From NCBI GenBank assembly GCA_000934665.2, contig JYFJ02001410.1, positions 1-64,000 on the forward strand: a stretch of 64,000 nt of DNA, read 5' to 3'. Positions 39,702 through 52,300 of the stretch are shown in pieces. A program made the position numbers and the translations under genes. The stretch's first letter is position 1. Every line of letters starts with the position of its first letter. The notes beneath the pieces are model-generated. The model was given only the letters and a program-made list of their open reading frames with translations. It made no database searches and was not told where the DNA came from. Source of the DNA: Catajapyx aquilonaris (taxonomy: Eukaryota).

Positions 39702-42700
39702 GTCTTGACCCGCGCAACACCTGGATCTAACTGAGTCTCTCTCGACAGCCTCGTGGGCTTCTGGTCGGAAATTCTGCTCTGACGTCTTGGTATATAGAGC
39801 GTGACGTAAGGAAGAGTATTTTACTAGCAGATTCTTAGTGGGGGTGGGGCACCCTCATTTTCTTCTACTTTTGTTTTTTTTCTGTTGAGAAAACGAGGCC
39901 GGTGTTGATCAGTCAGCAGTCGCCCTTTTGCTGCTCTGCTTCGCCGGTCGGAAGCTTCCTTTGAATTGTTCATCAGATAAAAGTGGCTGAGGGTCCTGAA
40001 TTTCAGATTAGCAATCCTGAATATAGAAGGTTTTTGTCACACTGTTGTTGGCTGGCCACCAAAATGGTAAATGTTTTACAGATGATTTCTGGTTTGTCAA
40101 CTCATTTCCTGTGATGTGGTAAGTTATATAGTGCTAATGTCGTGTGTGGAAAAGCTGCGCAGATGTGCCGCAGCTAATAAACATTTTAACTGCCGATTTA
40201 CGTCTTAACCGAGGTCTTGTACGGTTCTGACGTCACACCAGCAGGGGCCTTATATGGAACCCCAGAAAATTCCTGGCTGTTGGTTGACCTCTGTTGCTAA
40301 CAGCAATTTGACGTTCGTACACCTTGAAGCTTTTATTTTTTGAGGGCGGCCACCTCGTAAATTAGTTTATTTCTGAAATAGTGCGTCCTCCTTAGTTGCA
40401 CAACATTGTCTTCTCCAACACTGCTGTCCGAAGAAACATGAAACATTAATTTTCTCTTGCCGTGGTGTCGTTCGGTTCCGTTTGCCCTCAATAAGGATCA
40501 CATTTTGAAGGAACATTTCGTAGAATATTGGGTCTCGATAGTGGTAACGACAGCCTCGAACTTAACATTGACGGGCAATGTCAAGGTTAACCAGAAATCG
40601 ACAAAAAAAAACTGGAGAGGAAAAATGTTATCTAACCCATATACTTGACAGACATGGGAGTAAACCATGGAGTAAAAAAGATTGGCAGCCTCCACCTAAG
40701 TATCCTATTCACATTTTCCAGATGCCTCTGATGGATACAGTAAAGCAATTTTTAAGTCCGAGTACTTCCCGACAGTTTTTTCTTTTTTAAAAAATCCATC
40801 ACATGAAAACCTCGAAAAACTATCTTACCATACTGTTATAACGATCAGTTGCCGCCGATTTTTTTTTTTTTTTGGGGCAAACAAGAAAGAACCTCCTCCC
40901 ACACATTGTGGGTGTGGGACTTCCGCCGAACAACGAAACGAGCGATAAACAATCAGGAACGGAATTTCCCCAGCCAATTGCCCTTTGCGTAAACACAGAG
41001 GTAAAAGACGAAAGCACCGGCTCGTTTCTTAAAAGAAAGCGCAATATCAGTCCATCTTATTCCTCTCGACACATCACCCTGACAACATTCTCCTATCTAT
41101 TTTGATCGTGAAGGCGAAAAATCACTTCCTGCAAACATCGAGGGCTATAAAATGCCTCCGTTTACATAACCATGTGCTGCAAGGTTAGCTCCATTTGCTC
41201 TTAGGCCCTATTGTATGAAAAAAAAATCAGTTGCGTCCATAGGGCATTATTAGCTTGTCCCTTCCTGGCTCAAGTTGGGACACACAAGATGCGGCTATTT
41301 TTGTGCCACTTGTCATCCTCCACATTTCGGTGCCCTCCCTTAACAACACATTCGTTTGCAGGCAATGGGTGAAAGAGGAAAAGTCACAGATTGACGCCTG
41401 GAATGTTGGTGGGTTGTCTTGAAGGCCCTAAAACCCGAGTTATGGAGATGTAAAAGTCCGGTACAGTTGGATGGACAGAATGTGTGAATATGTAAGCTTT
41501 TTAATGAGGTGGCTTACCAGCTGCGAAAGACACGGTTTCATAGCCAACCACGGAGTCCATCAAGTCCACTGGAGGGGCTGTAGGGATGGACTCATCCGCA
41601 GCAACTTCCAGATGGTAACCTGTCCAAAGAAGAAAGAAAATGTTGTTAGCAGGAAGTGTATGGACCATGATATTCCGCAGTGTTCAGTGACGTCAGACCA
41701 CAAAACATATGGGGTTTTGATCAGCTGCAAAAAAAAATATTTTAAAAGTGGACATTGTGCAGTGCGGTTTAATCTCGTATCGGAAGTTTACGGAAGGTCG
41801 GGCCACTAACGTCAGTAAATAATAACGGAAATAGCAGATGATGGAGTTTATCAAGCATGTCAGCTCTTTGATGCCTCCGAAAAACCTTCTGCAGGAAACA
41901 GGCCGCGGCAAAAAAGGTCCACTTCCACCCTCAAATTTTGGAAACAAAGGTGGCCCACATACCGCATGCGGATTTTTACTGCCAACTCAGCCAGAAGAGA
42001 ACAGATTCTGAGAGAAAATATCAAGTCTCGCAAAAACAAACATATAGCGAGATGTATCTGCCACCCTGAAGTCTTCTAATTTCGTACTGCCCCTGATCCT
42101 ATTTTACGCCTCCGAAATGAAAAGTGAAGAAACTATACACTGCAACCATACTTTATGAGCCCGCCTGCGATGAGTTTCCTGGTGCACAAATTTATAGTAC
42201 CAAGGTTTCTTACAGGTTCATGTAAGATCGGGGGGAAAAATTGAGTGACGCATTGCCCACTTGGTGAATGAAAAATCTGTGCAACATCATGGAAGCAGGC
42301 TCTCTCCTTTCGGACGTATCTCAGTCGAAAGAGTTCGCTAAGCATTATTTATTTTCTGGCACCAAACGTTTACAATGGGGAGAGATTTATTTAGGAATTC
42401 TGGGCCACTTGAGCGTATAGTTGGTGGACATTCAGGCAACGACCTGGCTGCTTCGAACTGCTGGGAGCCATGCCCAAAATGCATTTTTGTTTTTTTCGAA
42501 GGCAGATTTTTTTCGCTCGAACTCTTACGAAATAGCTGGGGAATTACCCATTCATTGGTGGGACCTATACTGTGCAGCTTTTCATTACCTCGGCTATGTT
42601 TCTGTCAGCAATGATTAAGGATGATGTGGTGCCAGGAATTATGCAACGGAACGACCAAGTTACGACCAAACTTATCAGTTATGAACTCGAGACAACATCA

Positions 42701-43067
42701 TTAAAATGGAATAGACCATAAAAATGAAGGCCTCATTTCAAATACGGCATTAAGCTGGTGCCTGGAATGTGAAGACTGGATTAGCGATATCCAACAGTGG
42801 CGCAGTGGTATTTGATATAGGAAGCAAAAGAACGCCCAAGTTTTCCCATGAATTTATCAACTGAAGGTTACACTACGGCAACCAGCATTAAAGTTCACCA
42901 AACAATTGGTTGGAGTTATTGCTATGCAGTGTTTATCAGTGCTATTAAAATTCAATTGGCTTAAACCCGAGGGGTAAATCCCTCAGTTCGTCGTACACGT
43001 CGCCAATGATTTTGCCTTACTACATATGACTTTAATACAAGTTATCTTGTTAAAGCCTAAGGGTGGC

Positions 43068-43161
43068 ATTTTCGTCACACGGCTAGTTACTGCTAACTTA
43101 GCAGTACCATTGCCAACACTGGCATTGCTAAGTAATCAGTAACTAGCAGTGGGACGAAAAT
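43068..43161. repeat. ~94-bp inverted repeat (hairpin/MITE-like)
   Basis: TTTTCGTCACACGGCTAGTTACTGCTAACTTAGCA matches the reverse complement of TGCTAAGTAATCAGTAACTAGCAGTGGGACGAAAA at 31/35. Confidence 0.8.
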
Positions 43162-46100
43162 TACATCATCCGTTTCGAAGGATTTTTGGAAATCCGCGTG
43201 TAACATAATACAAATGGAAACTATGTGCAAAGGCAAAGGACATCACCATAAAATTTGCATCAACAACTAATTATTGCCAATTCCTCATGACAGTCAGGAC
43301 ATGTCCACACGATGCCTCACCTCTAGTATGCCTAGTCCTATTAGCACTAGGCGATACAGCCAACCTCCTCCGTACACCAGGAGACCTCGACCACCTCTTC
43401 CTGACAGTGTACCTCATTCTGGAGGCCCTGGTCCGCATCGTCGCCGATCCGAGCACTCTTGCAGTGTACCTTCCTCTGGAGATGGACAATCGTCGCCCAT
43501 TGGGGCTCAGTTCCGCATTAAAAAAAAACGCGCAGTAAATCTCGACCGATCCACGTGTGACGTACACGTGCCAACCAAGCTTCCGACAGCCGCTGGGGGT
43601 CTGCTCAGGATCAAGGCTTCTTCTGCATGGCGTTGACTGAATTCTACCCCACCCTACACTCCTCCTATGCCTGATTGGCTCTGAAGAAAATCTGCCTACT
43701 ACTGACGACGTGACACCCTCCTCCACATATATATAACCCACCGCCACCCACCATCCCCTTCCTTCGAAACTCGATTCAAACACATTGGCACTCTTTCCAC
43801 CCAATGTGCAACATCTCAACAGGCTGGGGGGGCTTTTCCCTATTCCCGGATGGTCAACAACAGATTATTTTCACCCCCACTTGTCTCACCTGTCAGCAAA
43901 TTACACTTTATGCTTGCCACCTCGTTATGTCTTCTTTTTTTTTAACAGAGTACGGTACGGGCCTGAATTTGTGGTCATTTCCGGAATCTGGTTTTACCCC
44001 GTGCTCATCTTGTGACTTGTCACTGTTTTAGCCACATGAAAATGAGATCACCAGACAATGAACCAGAGGAATTCTTCTGTCGCGTGGTATTTCCCCGCGA
44101 AGTTTCGTTTCGTGTGCCAATGTGTCCCTTTTGATACTGTACTGTGAGATACTTTTTGCCCCAATGTCACAGCACTATTCAAGGCCAGCAGCAGTCCCGT
44201 GTTTTCCCAAATTCATCGAAATATACAGTACTGTGCACTTCCTGCATGTGCTATCGCGCACTAGATGGCAACCATGTGGTAATAAGCAGGTGTCAGTCGC
44301 ACTTGCACCGATCATGTCTGTAGCCTCGCGCGCCAAAATTTCTCAGCCGCAGGAGCTGATGATTTCCTGGACATCTTTAGGCCTCCAGGGCAAGGGGCTG
44401 TCTAGATCTAGAAAGTGACCAAGGTTCCAGGCAAGGTAAAGTCACATTGCAGGTGTCTGCTCACTATTGAACAACCAACATGCCTGTATGGCAAAAATTT
44501 GCACAAAAATTGTGCTGCATCTCGTGGGACATGTCTATTTCCGCCTTGAGGGGACATAGCCGCGTCAGAATGGCTTGGTCTGGGTGGGGTTGCTGACTTT
44601 CACATGCCTGCTTCCCTTACACGAGGATACGGACCTGTCTGATGTGTTGCAGACCCATTTTACCATGGATGGTTACATGTTAGCTTCATCTCCATACTAT
44701 CAAATACACTCAGTTGTGAGTACTGTGTGATTAGTGATTGCCCTCTTGGTACTCAATTAGACTTCCACTACGTCATAAGGTAAACATAAAAAGGTGAATG
44801 CCCTACAAACAAGGCAATGCAAATTGTGCAATCCATGTTCAGTTCATGTGCCAAAGTACAGTACACTTCTACCAGTAGTGTACCAGACAGCTGTCACAAA
44901 CAGTATTATGACACTGGATGGCTGCTGATGTTGCCAAAAATAACAGTGACATAGGCAGGACAGCAGCTATTTCCATCGCACAAAATGTGAACGAAATGAA
45001 AATGGAGCTAATATATTTCTGTTATAGCGAAAGCATGTGGGGTTCTAAATACCAAGCCCGGCCCACACATGGCTCAAGAAAGCTGTATTGTTGTGCATAA
45101 GTACTGCAGGTGGAATTTTACATGCGGCTGTCCTTAGTTTAAATTCTCAAGGACTTTCATGCCCTTGCCAAGTTATCAAATATGTTTTGACTTTCTTGCT
45201 TCAATACTAAAGATAGCACCAAGTTCCTTCAGTCATGCTGACCAAATAAAAAGAGTTACATTGTTGAATAAACAACTTGTAAAACCAGCAGTAATTAGTA
45301 ACACATTTGACCATGCATGAACTGTTCAGCACTGACGAGCACAATTATTGTATTCAATTATACAGAACAAAAGCTGTTAAAAAATGACCTCAGCAAACAA
45401 TTATTTTGACCTGGTGAAGTGTTGCAAAGAGGACATGTATGCTTGAGTAAATTGCCCAATGTCCATATTTCATAAAGAACTTGGATAATATTTTTCATTG
45501 ATTTGCTCGAGCTTAAAGGGAATAAACTTAGAAAACAAGTTGGGCATGAATGAGTAATATGCTCCTGGTTCTACATATTGTGTACTTCCTCCCCTCATGA
45601 TTATTTTACTCTCGTACAACGCAATGAGTGATCAAGGTAAAAACAACTCATCCTTGGAACTAACCAGATATGGAAGGTTTATGCTAAAAAGGTCCCACAG
45701 CTAAGCTCGTACGGACTATTACTGATTATTTACATTCTGGCACACGCATTATTTTTGAATTATCACATCAATTATTGATAACAGAAATCGTGCATATCAT
45801 CATATAATGAAGGGTGTAATTAAATTATATGTTGGAACATATTCAGATAAGTTACATCACAAAAAAATGAAACTACAGCCTTTTCCTTACAAAAGCTCAG
45901 TATGCAAGTAGAGGTACGTAGCATTTAAATATTTCCTGGAGCATATGGGCAGATATTGTCAGAACGAACAGAAACAGACTTGTTTTTAGTCAACTTTATT
46001 CTTCTTCCCCTTTATTTATACAATTTTTCTCTGACTTTTTTCTTTATTTTGTGCATTCATGTTAGACCTGGCTGCCCTGAACTGTTGGAACTACCGTACT

Positions 46101-46687
46101 GGTACTTCTATGGCTTATTTAGAGATGATTGAGAGTTATGCCACACATTGGAGTATTCTATGCAGATATGTGAACTTGTTGTGTAGGATTAATGCAAAAT
46201 ATCACATGCTTAGCTTCTGAATGATGCTTATCTCTGGAAGTGTTATGACTAGACTGCGATTGCTTGCTGCTATTGACTTGTTCAGATATGTTGCAGGGTT
46301 AGCCAGTAAATGTGTCTCTGGTGATTATTTATGTTATACTTAAATTGCCGCTGTACCTCGTTTTCCAAGTTATGTTTGGCTATAATGATGTGTTTTAACC
46401 TGTTTTAATTATGTCTCTCTTGTTGCTGACTACCCACTTGCCAAAAAGTATGTGTTAAAATTCTTGGAGAGTACCTTGCACTTACCTTACTGCCATGCAG
46501 TGCCACATGCTTGCGGGTAACAACAACATAAATCTGGTGTACTGATACACTAAAATGGTGAGTTACACCAGCATGTGGCCCATAGCAAAGGACAGGGACA
46601 ATGGAGCAAGAACCAACTACTTTCCAACACCAAAAAACTACTATGATTTGCACCCATCACTTTATTAGCACCTGCTCCAAAACTCAC

Positions 46688-46823
46688 CGTTAATGAGCTT
46701 TGTGTCAACCTGCGGTGGTCTGTGCCCATGCCTGGGTATGGTCCCAGTCGGCATGGGAGCACTTGGACTGTACGGGTCCACCTCCTCGTCCCCCACATCC
46801 TTTTTCTTCTTCTTGGTCCCCAT
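46688..46823 (-). CDS. Candidate first coding exon of SSUH2 (distal)
   Basis: MGTKKKKKDVGDEEVDPYSPSAPMPTGTIPRHGHRPPQVDTKLIN-G|gtgagt has a strong phase-1 donor compatible with 36188. An acceptor near 46900 and a further donor near 46938 suggest a spliced 5' UTR. Confidence 0.6.
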
Positions 46824-48798
46824 CCTTTGGCAGTGGTTAGTTCCTGATCCCTGAGTCGTCTACATTGGTCCCTGTCACCGGTAGAGTGGCACGTTATTAC
46901 CTGTTACATTAGATGAAAGAAAGGGCACAGAACTAACCTTGTGTCTGAGTATTATTCGAGTGGAATGAACGGCATTGGGGTGTAGTATCACATTGGTGGT
47001 GGTGGGGGTGCTGGGAGGCCAACGCCCAGCAATTTTGATGAGGATGGAAGAGGATGGCCTTCCTCTTCAGGGCTGACCTTGTCTGATGGTGGTAGCTGCT
47101 GAGGGGGCAATACTATCCTCATGTACACAAAGAGGGCCTCTGAAATTTGGGGGGTCAATGTGGTGGTCATCAGGGGATAATTTGGACCAGTTCATTACAA
47201 GGGAATTAATTGGATTGCCATAATAAGCAACGACACTGTCCGAGTGCTTTGGTTTAGTCGTAGTAATAATTATTAAATCAATCAATAGTTGTAGTTATTA
47301 TTAATAATTAATGCTAGATTAATAGCTAGCTCTTGTTAATAGTAATTAAACATGAAGTATCTGAGAGACCATCTAATCAGGGAATTACATGCTCGTCATT
47401 TCCCTTATGGTAATCATTTATTGCAAAATTAAGTTGTTGCCTGGTTTTCAGGAGGGACTGGTGGTTGATTAATGCCTAAAATTTTTCTGGTGACCACTTG
47501 TGACCCACTGGCATCTCAGGTCAGTGATTGGGCCCCTTGTTAACAGTATAGGTCCTCCTGCATTAATTAAAAAGGATGCACCAATTTGCTCAAAATAGCA
47601 ATGGCTTCAGGCAATTACTGTATTTTATTTCTCAAAACTTGGTGCTACATGTTCAGGGTCATGTGGGTGCAGACAGTTTCAAGTATGTACGGTACTTGTG
47701 TGTTTTGCGACAAGTTAGAGAGTGAAAATTTTGAGCCAAAATGTCTAAGTGCACTTACTGTTAGTATGTACACTGTAGGGTCTTGCCGACTTTAACATAG
47801 CTGGACTTATGGTATATGCACTATCAGTGAAGTATTATTCTGGACATTTTCAGGTGCTTTTCTTATGGGAGAATGCCAGCAATAATTCTCTGCCGATAGT
47901 ACATTTGTTATAGCAAGAGCGGGGACAAAATCAGAACCACCCAAATATTCCTTGTGCAAAATGACAAGCTTCCGTTTGACTTTTTCTGTTGCACTGACAA
48001 GAGGAAAAACGGACATTTGAGGTCACAAACATTAAATATACCAGACAAAACATTTTTTGGAGCTACACTTTTTTTTTTTTTTGTGCCCCTTATGAAACGG
48101 ACAGACCAAAAAAATACTGCAGACTTTGGATGAATTTTCAAGAATAGCATGCCAGCAACCAGCAGCGTTTTCATGTTGATTCCTCCCAAATGAAAGAAAA
48201 GCTCATTCCAGCTATGGAAATGTCTGATGTGGAATTTAACAGTTTTACCAGTACACAAAACCTGCAAAAAATATTTGATAATAATTTGTTACTCTTCCAG
48301 TTTCGCTGCATACCTTTAATGCAGATGATAAATATTTTGACCACTTCACCCATCTGACTAAACAGATAATTTAATATCTGAGACGAGAGTAAGGGGGAAT
48401 TAAAGTGTGATTCCTTTCATACGCTTCTGACAACGGGAAAGAGAGTGGCAAGTTAAATGTGCAATGCTTTTCTTTTATTGTTTTGCATTTTCCCACTCAC
48501 ACAGACCTACGTTTTAAAAATCTGAGCAATGATGACAATCAGTTATGTTCACATCAGGTTTCCCAAAGCTTGGGCACAACTTGAAAGCAGGTAATTGCTT
48601 CAGAATAATCTGACAAATTACTGTTGGAATTAATAACTGTAAACAAGGGCAAAGTTGAGGGCAAAGTTTCATTGCTAGTTGATGTGGAACGCACATAAAA
48701 AATCCCCAAAAAATCTGTCATCTTGGAAGAGTCTCCTTGAACATCCGTGGCGGTTTGACACCTTGTTGACACAACAATGGTGAGCCGCATCTCCGATG

Positions 48799-49337
<539 letters not shown>

Positions 49338-52300
49338 GCTGACCTCTCGACCTGTGCAGAAGGAAGGGCAGAGAAACGCTTCGTAGGGAAGGGTAGAGGT
49401 CAGAAGAGGGGCAGACGGACGCAGAATATTTCGGCAGAAAGAAAACGGGAATGAAAATGGAAAGGAAAGCGATCGACGATGGCGGTAGTTCACCAGGATT
49501 GCGATAGGATGTCGATGCCGGGTTGCGGGGTTGCCAAGTCGGATCCACAGCAACATGTTGGTGTGGCACCAATATTTTTTAAATCTGACATTTTCTGAAA
49601 TGTTCGGTGGGGAATGCACATTACATGTCACTTGGACTGATCATTTGTAATAGCCATCATCTGCCACATTTTGAATATTTATGTGATGTTGATTGATAAT
49701 AATAAGTACGGGTACTTTCGGAATATCCTACTGTATTTTGTAGCCTACACGCCTACAGTAGGTAAATAATTGTAGGCTGGACTGGCTGGTTGACACCCAC
49801 ATTCCCACACCCACACTTACAGTTAGTCGCTACAGTCTAGCCTTCTCATTGATTTTACAGTGTGTAACTGTAGAAAATCATGGTTGCATTTCACAACCCC
49901 ACCGAAATAAGTATCTGGCCCTTGTTTTTAAATATAGGTAGTTTCATGCTTTTAAGCATATTTTTTATCATTGGCTCACAAGGTCTCTTACATTTCTGAC
50001 TATACCTACTTATTAGGGAAAAGTTGGGCTTCATTGCAGCATAACGAAAGCGATGGTGTGGTCAGCTGGGTTGTCATATTTTAATAATTTTGAATCGTGT
50101 TAAGTTTTGATTTGTCACTCCACAACTGTCCACTATGTACAGTACAGTACAGTACATGGATAATATCGCACCTTTTATACTCCGAACGCGAACTATTGTT
50201 CCAAATTAATTGCTCAATTTTTTCTCTGTGGAAACCACAGCTTCAAAGGAGAACTTTGGATTTCTGTAAAATATGACTGGCCCCAGGGTAGAATAGGTGA
50301 CCTTATTTTCTCGTAGGACTGCATCGGTACTGCACATGTACAATATACAGTATAGGTAGACTGTATAACATGTACTGCCTTATTGTTATTGTTATGGAAA
50401 TTACTATGATTCCAAATTTTGTATGCCTCTCGGGTCACGATTTGGTCTGAGGGTTGTTAGGAGATAACAGATTTATGCATGTTTATCCCCCCCCCCGATT
50501 AAAACTATATGTGTAGGATTTTTGCAATTTGTCATGCAGATGATCGGTGTACATCCAGGGACTCATGCAAATAAGTCAAGCGCACTATCAACCTTTTATG
50601 TCGATTTAATTTTTTCAGGAAGTGGGGATGGAGGGAGATTTTAAAAACACGACACAGTAATACAACCAGGATTCATAGACAAAAGAGGATATTAAATTAT
50701 TTCGCGAGACTGAAAGAGTGACAGTTTTAGACAGGAGGAAATAAAGCGTGACACAAAAATTGCACGGAACGTTGACATGGGTGGCAGGTGGACAGTTTTC
50801 CCCGAGCGATCAATTCAATCTCCATTCTACACGTCATAAACGACCGCATGCCACAACAATGCACTTTTTTAATATTTTCCACACAGAGCAAGTGATAAGT
50901 TGATTCGTGTGACATTGAAGCTGCAGTAAAAGGGCTACCATTTTTTTATCTGCTGGGTGGGACAGACAGCACCTGGAGATAGTCTTGTCTAAGGAAGACC
51001 TCTCTGGTTGGGTTACGCGGTCAATAATTGAATTTCAATCCCATTTAGACCAACGCCGCAAGGTCGTATTAAAGTAAAATGAATTGCTTAGCATTCATTA
51101 TGATGATGGAACTCACAATGTTGTTGGGATTCCGCTCGATGAAAACTTTGTTGAAATGTCCTGCAAAAACGCACGGAAAGTCCGAGCACGTAATATTTTC
51201 TCCATACAAACAGAATGTGGCCTAGTGTGCACAAGGGCAAGTGTAATTATGGGCAAAGGGACCCATCGGAGCTTAAGCCCTAGAGGACTTCATATTGACT
51301 TGGGCTTGTAGCATACACGGCGGACCGCAGACTCTCTCTTAGGACCGGTGCGCAAATCCGCACTAAGAGGATGCTGGTACAGTTGCTCCTTTTCATTCCG
51401 CCTAATGACTTTCTACAGCTCATGTACTACGTCGCGTGAAGGCCATTGTGGTCACCTGCTCCATTGGGAAGGTTTCCAGCCACCTTTGTTCAAGCCGGCA
51501 AGTCTGGTATTCAAGCGTGCTACATAGTGGTGGTATATGTAATATATGTAACATATTTGAATCTAGATGAAAATAACTGTTTTCGTATAGGGATTGAATA
51601 TGGCGAGCCTCCCATGGCGCGGCTATATGAGGAGACGATCTGTGCTCATTGAGTTAAAAAAAAATCTCCTTTCGGGTTAGGGATTGGGATGCGGCTGCTG
51701 CAGGATTATGCCGTTTTTTTCTCAGTCCTGGCGGCAGTCGGTTGGTGACACGTTCCATCTGCACTCGGAATTGATGAAGGGAAACCCCCCCCCCCCCCAA
51801 CTCTCTACAGCCTCTGCTTTGCCTTCAATAGGTGATAATGCTGCAGCTGCACCACTCCAAGCTGCTCTCCTGAAAGATTTGCTCCAGCAGGTTGATTTCG
51901 TCGCAAATAGACCGAGGGATATTTCGGGGGAATATTCATTGGTCGGATCTGGATGCTGCGATGGATGGGTCCGTTTTTGGGAATGGGGGAGCATAACAGA
52001 GTTGAAGGGTTGTAAAAATATATTGTTTGCTGTCTTGTGTGTGAAATGCAGGGCTGCTTAGAAGTGTACGGAAGATTTCCGGTGAAGAAGTTATTTTTAT
52101 GGCAGCTAATCCTGCCTTAAAAGTGGCTGGATCATGAGGACCTTTGGCTCAATTTGTCATTTTGTCTTCAAGCTTTTCCTTGGCATTGAATTTCGCCCCT
52201 TTGTGTGCTGATTTCATCTCGATATTTGGTTCGAATACACTAATATTACATAGGGCAATATTGTTCATTTTCCACTCACTGTCAGTATTTTTTTCCCAAA

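Noticed and set aside
42755..42785. AWNVKT resembling LINE endonuclease motif I
   Set aside because: It is a single short motif with no further endonuclease or RT similarity.
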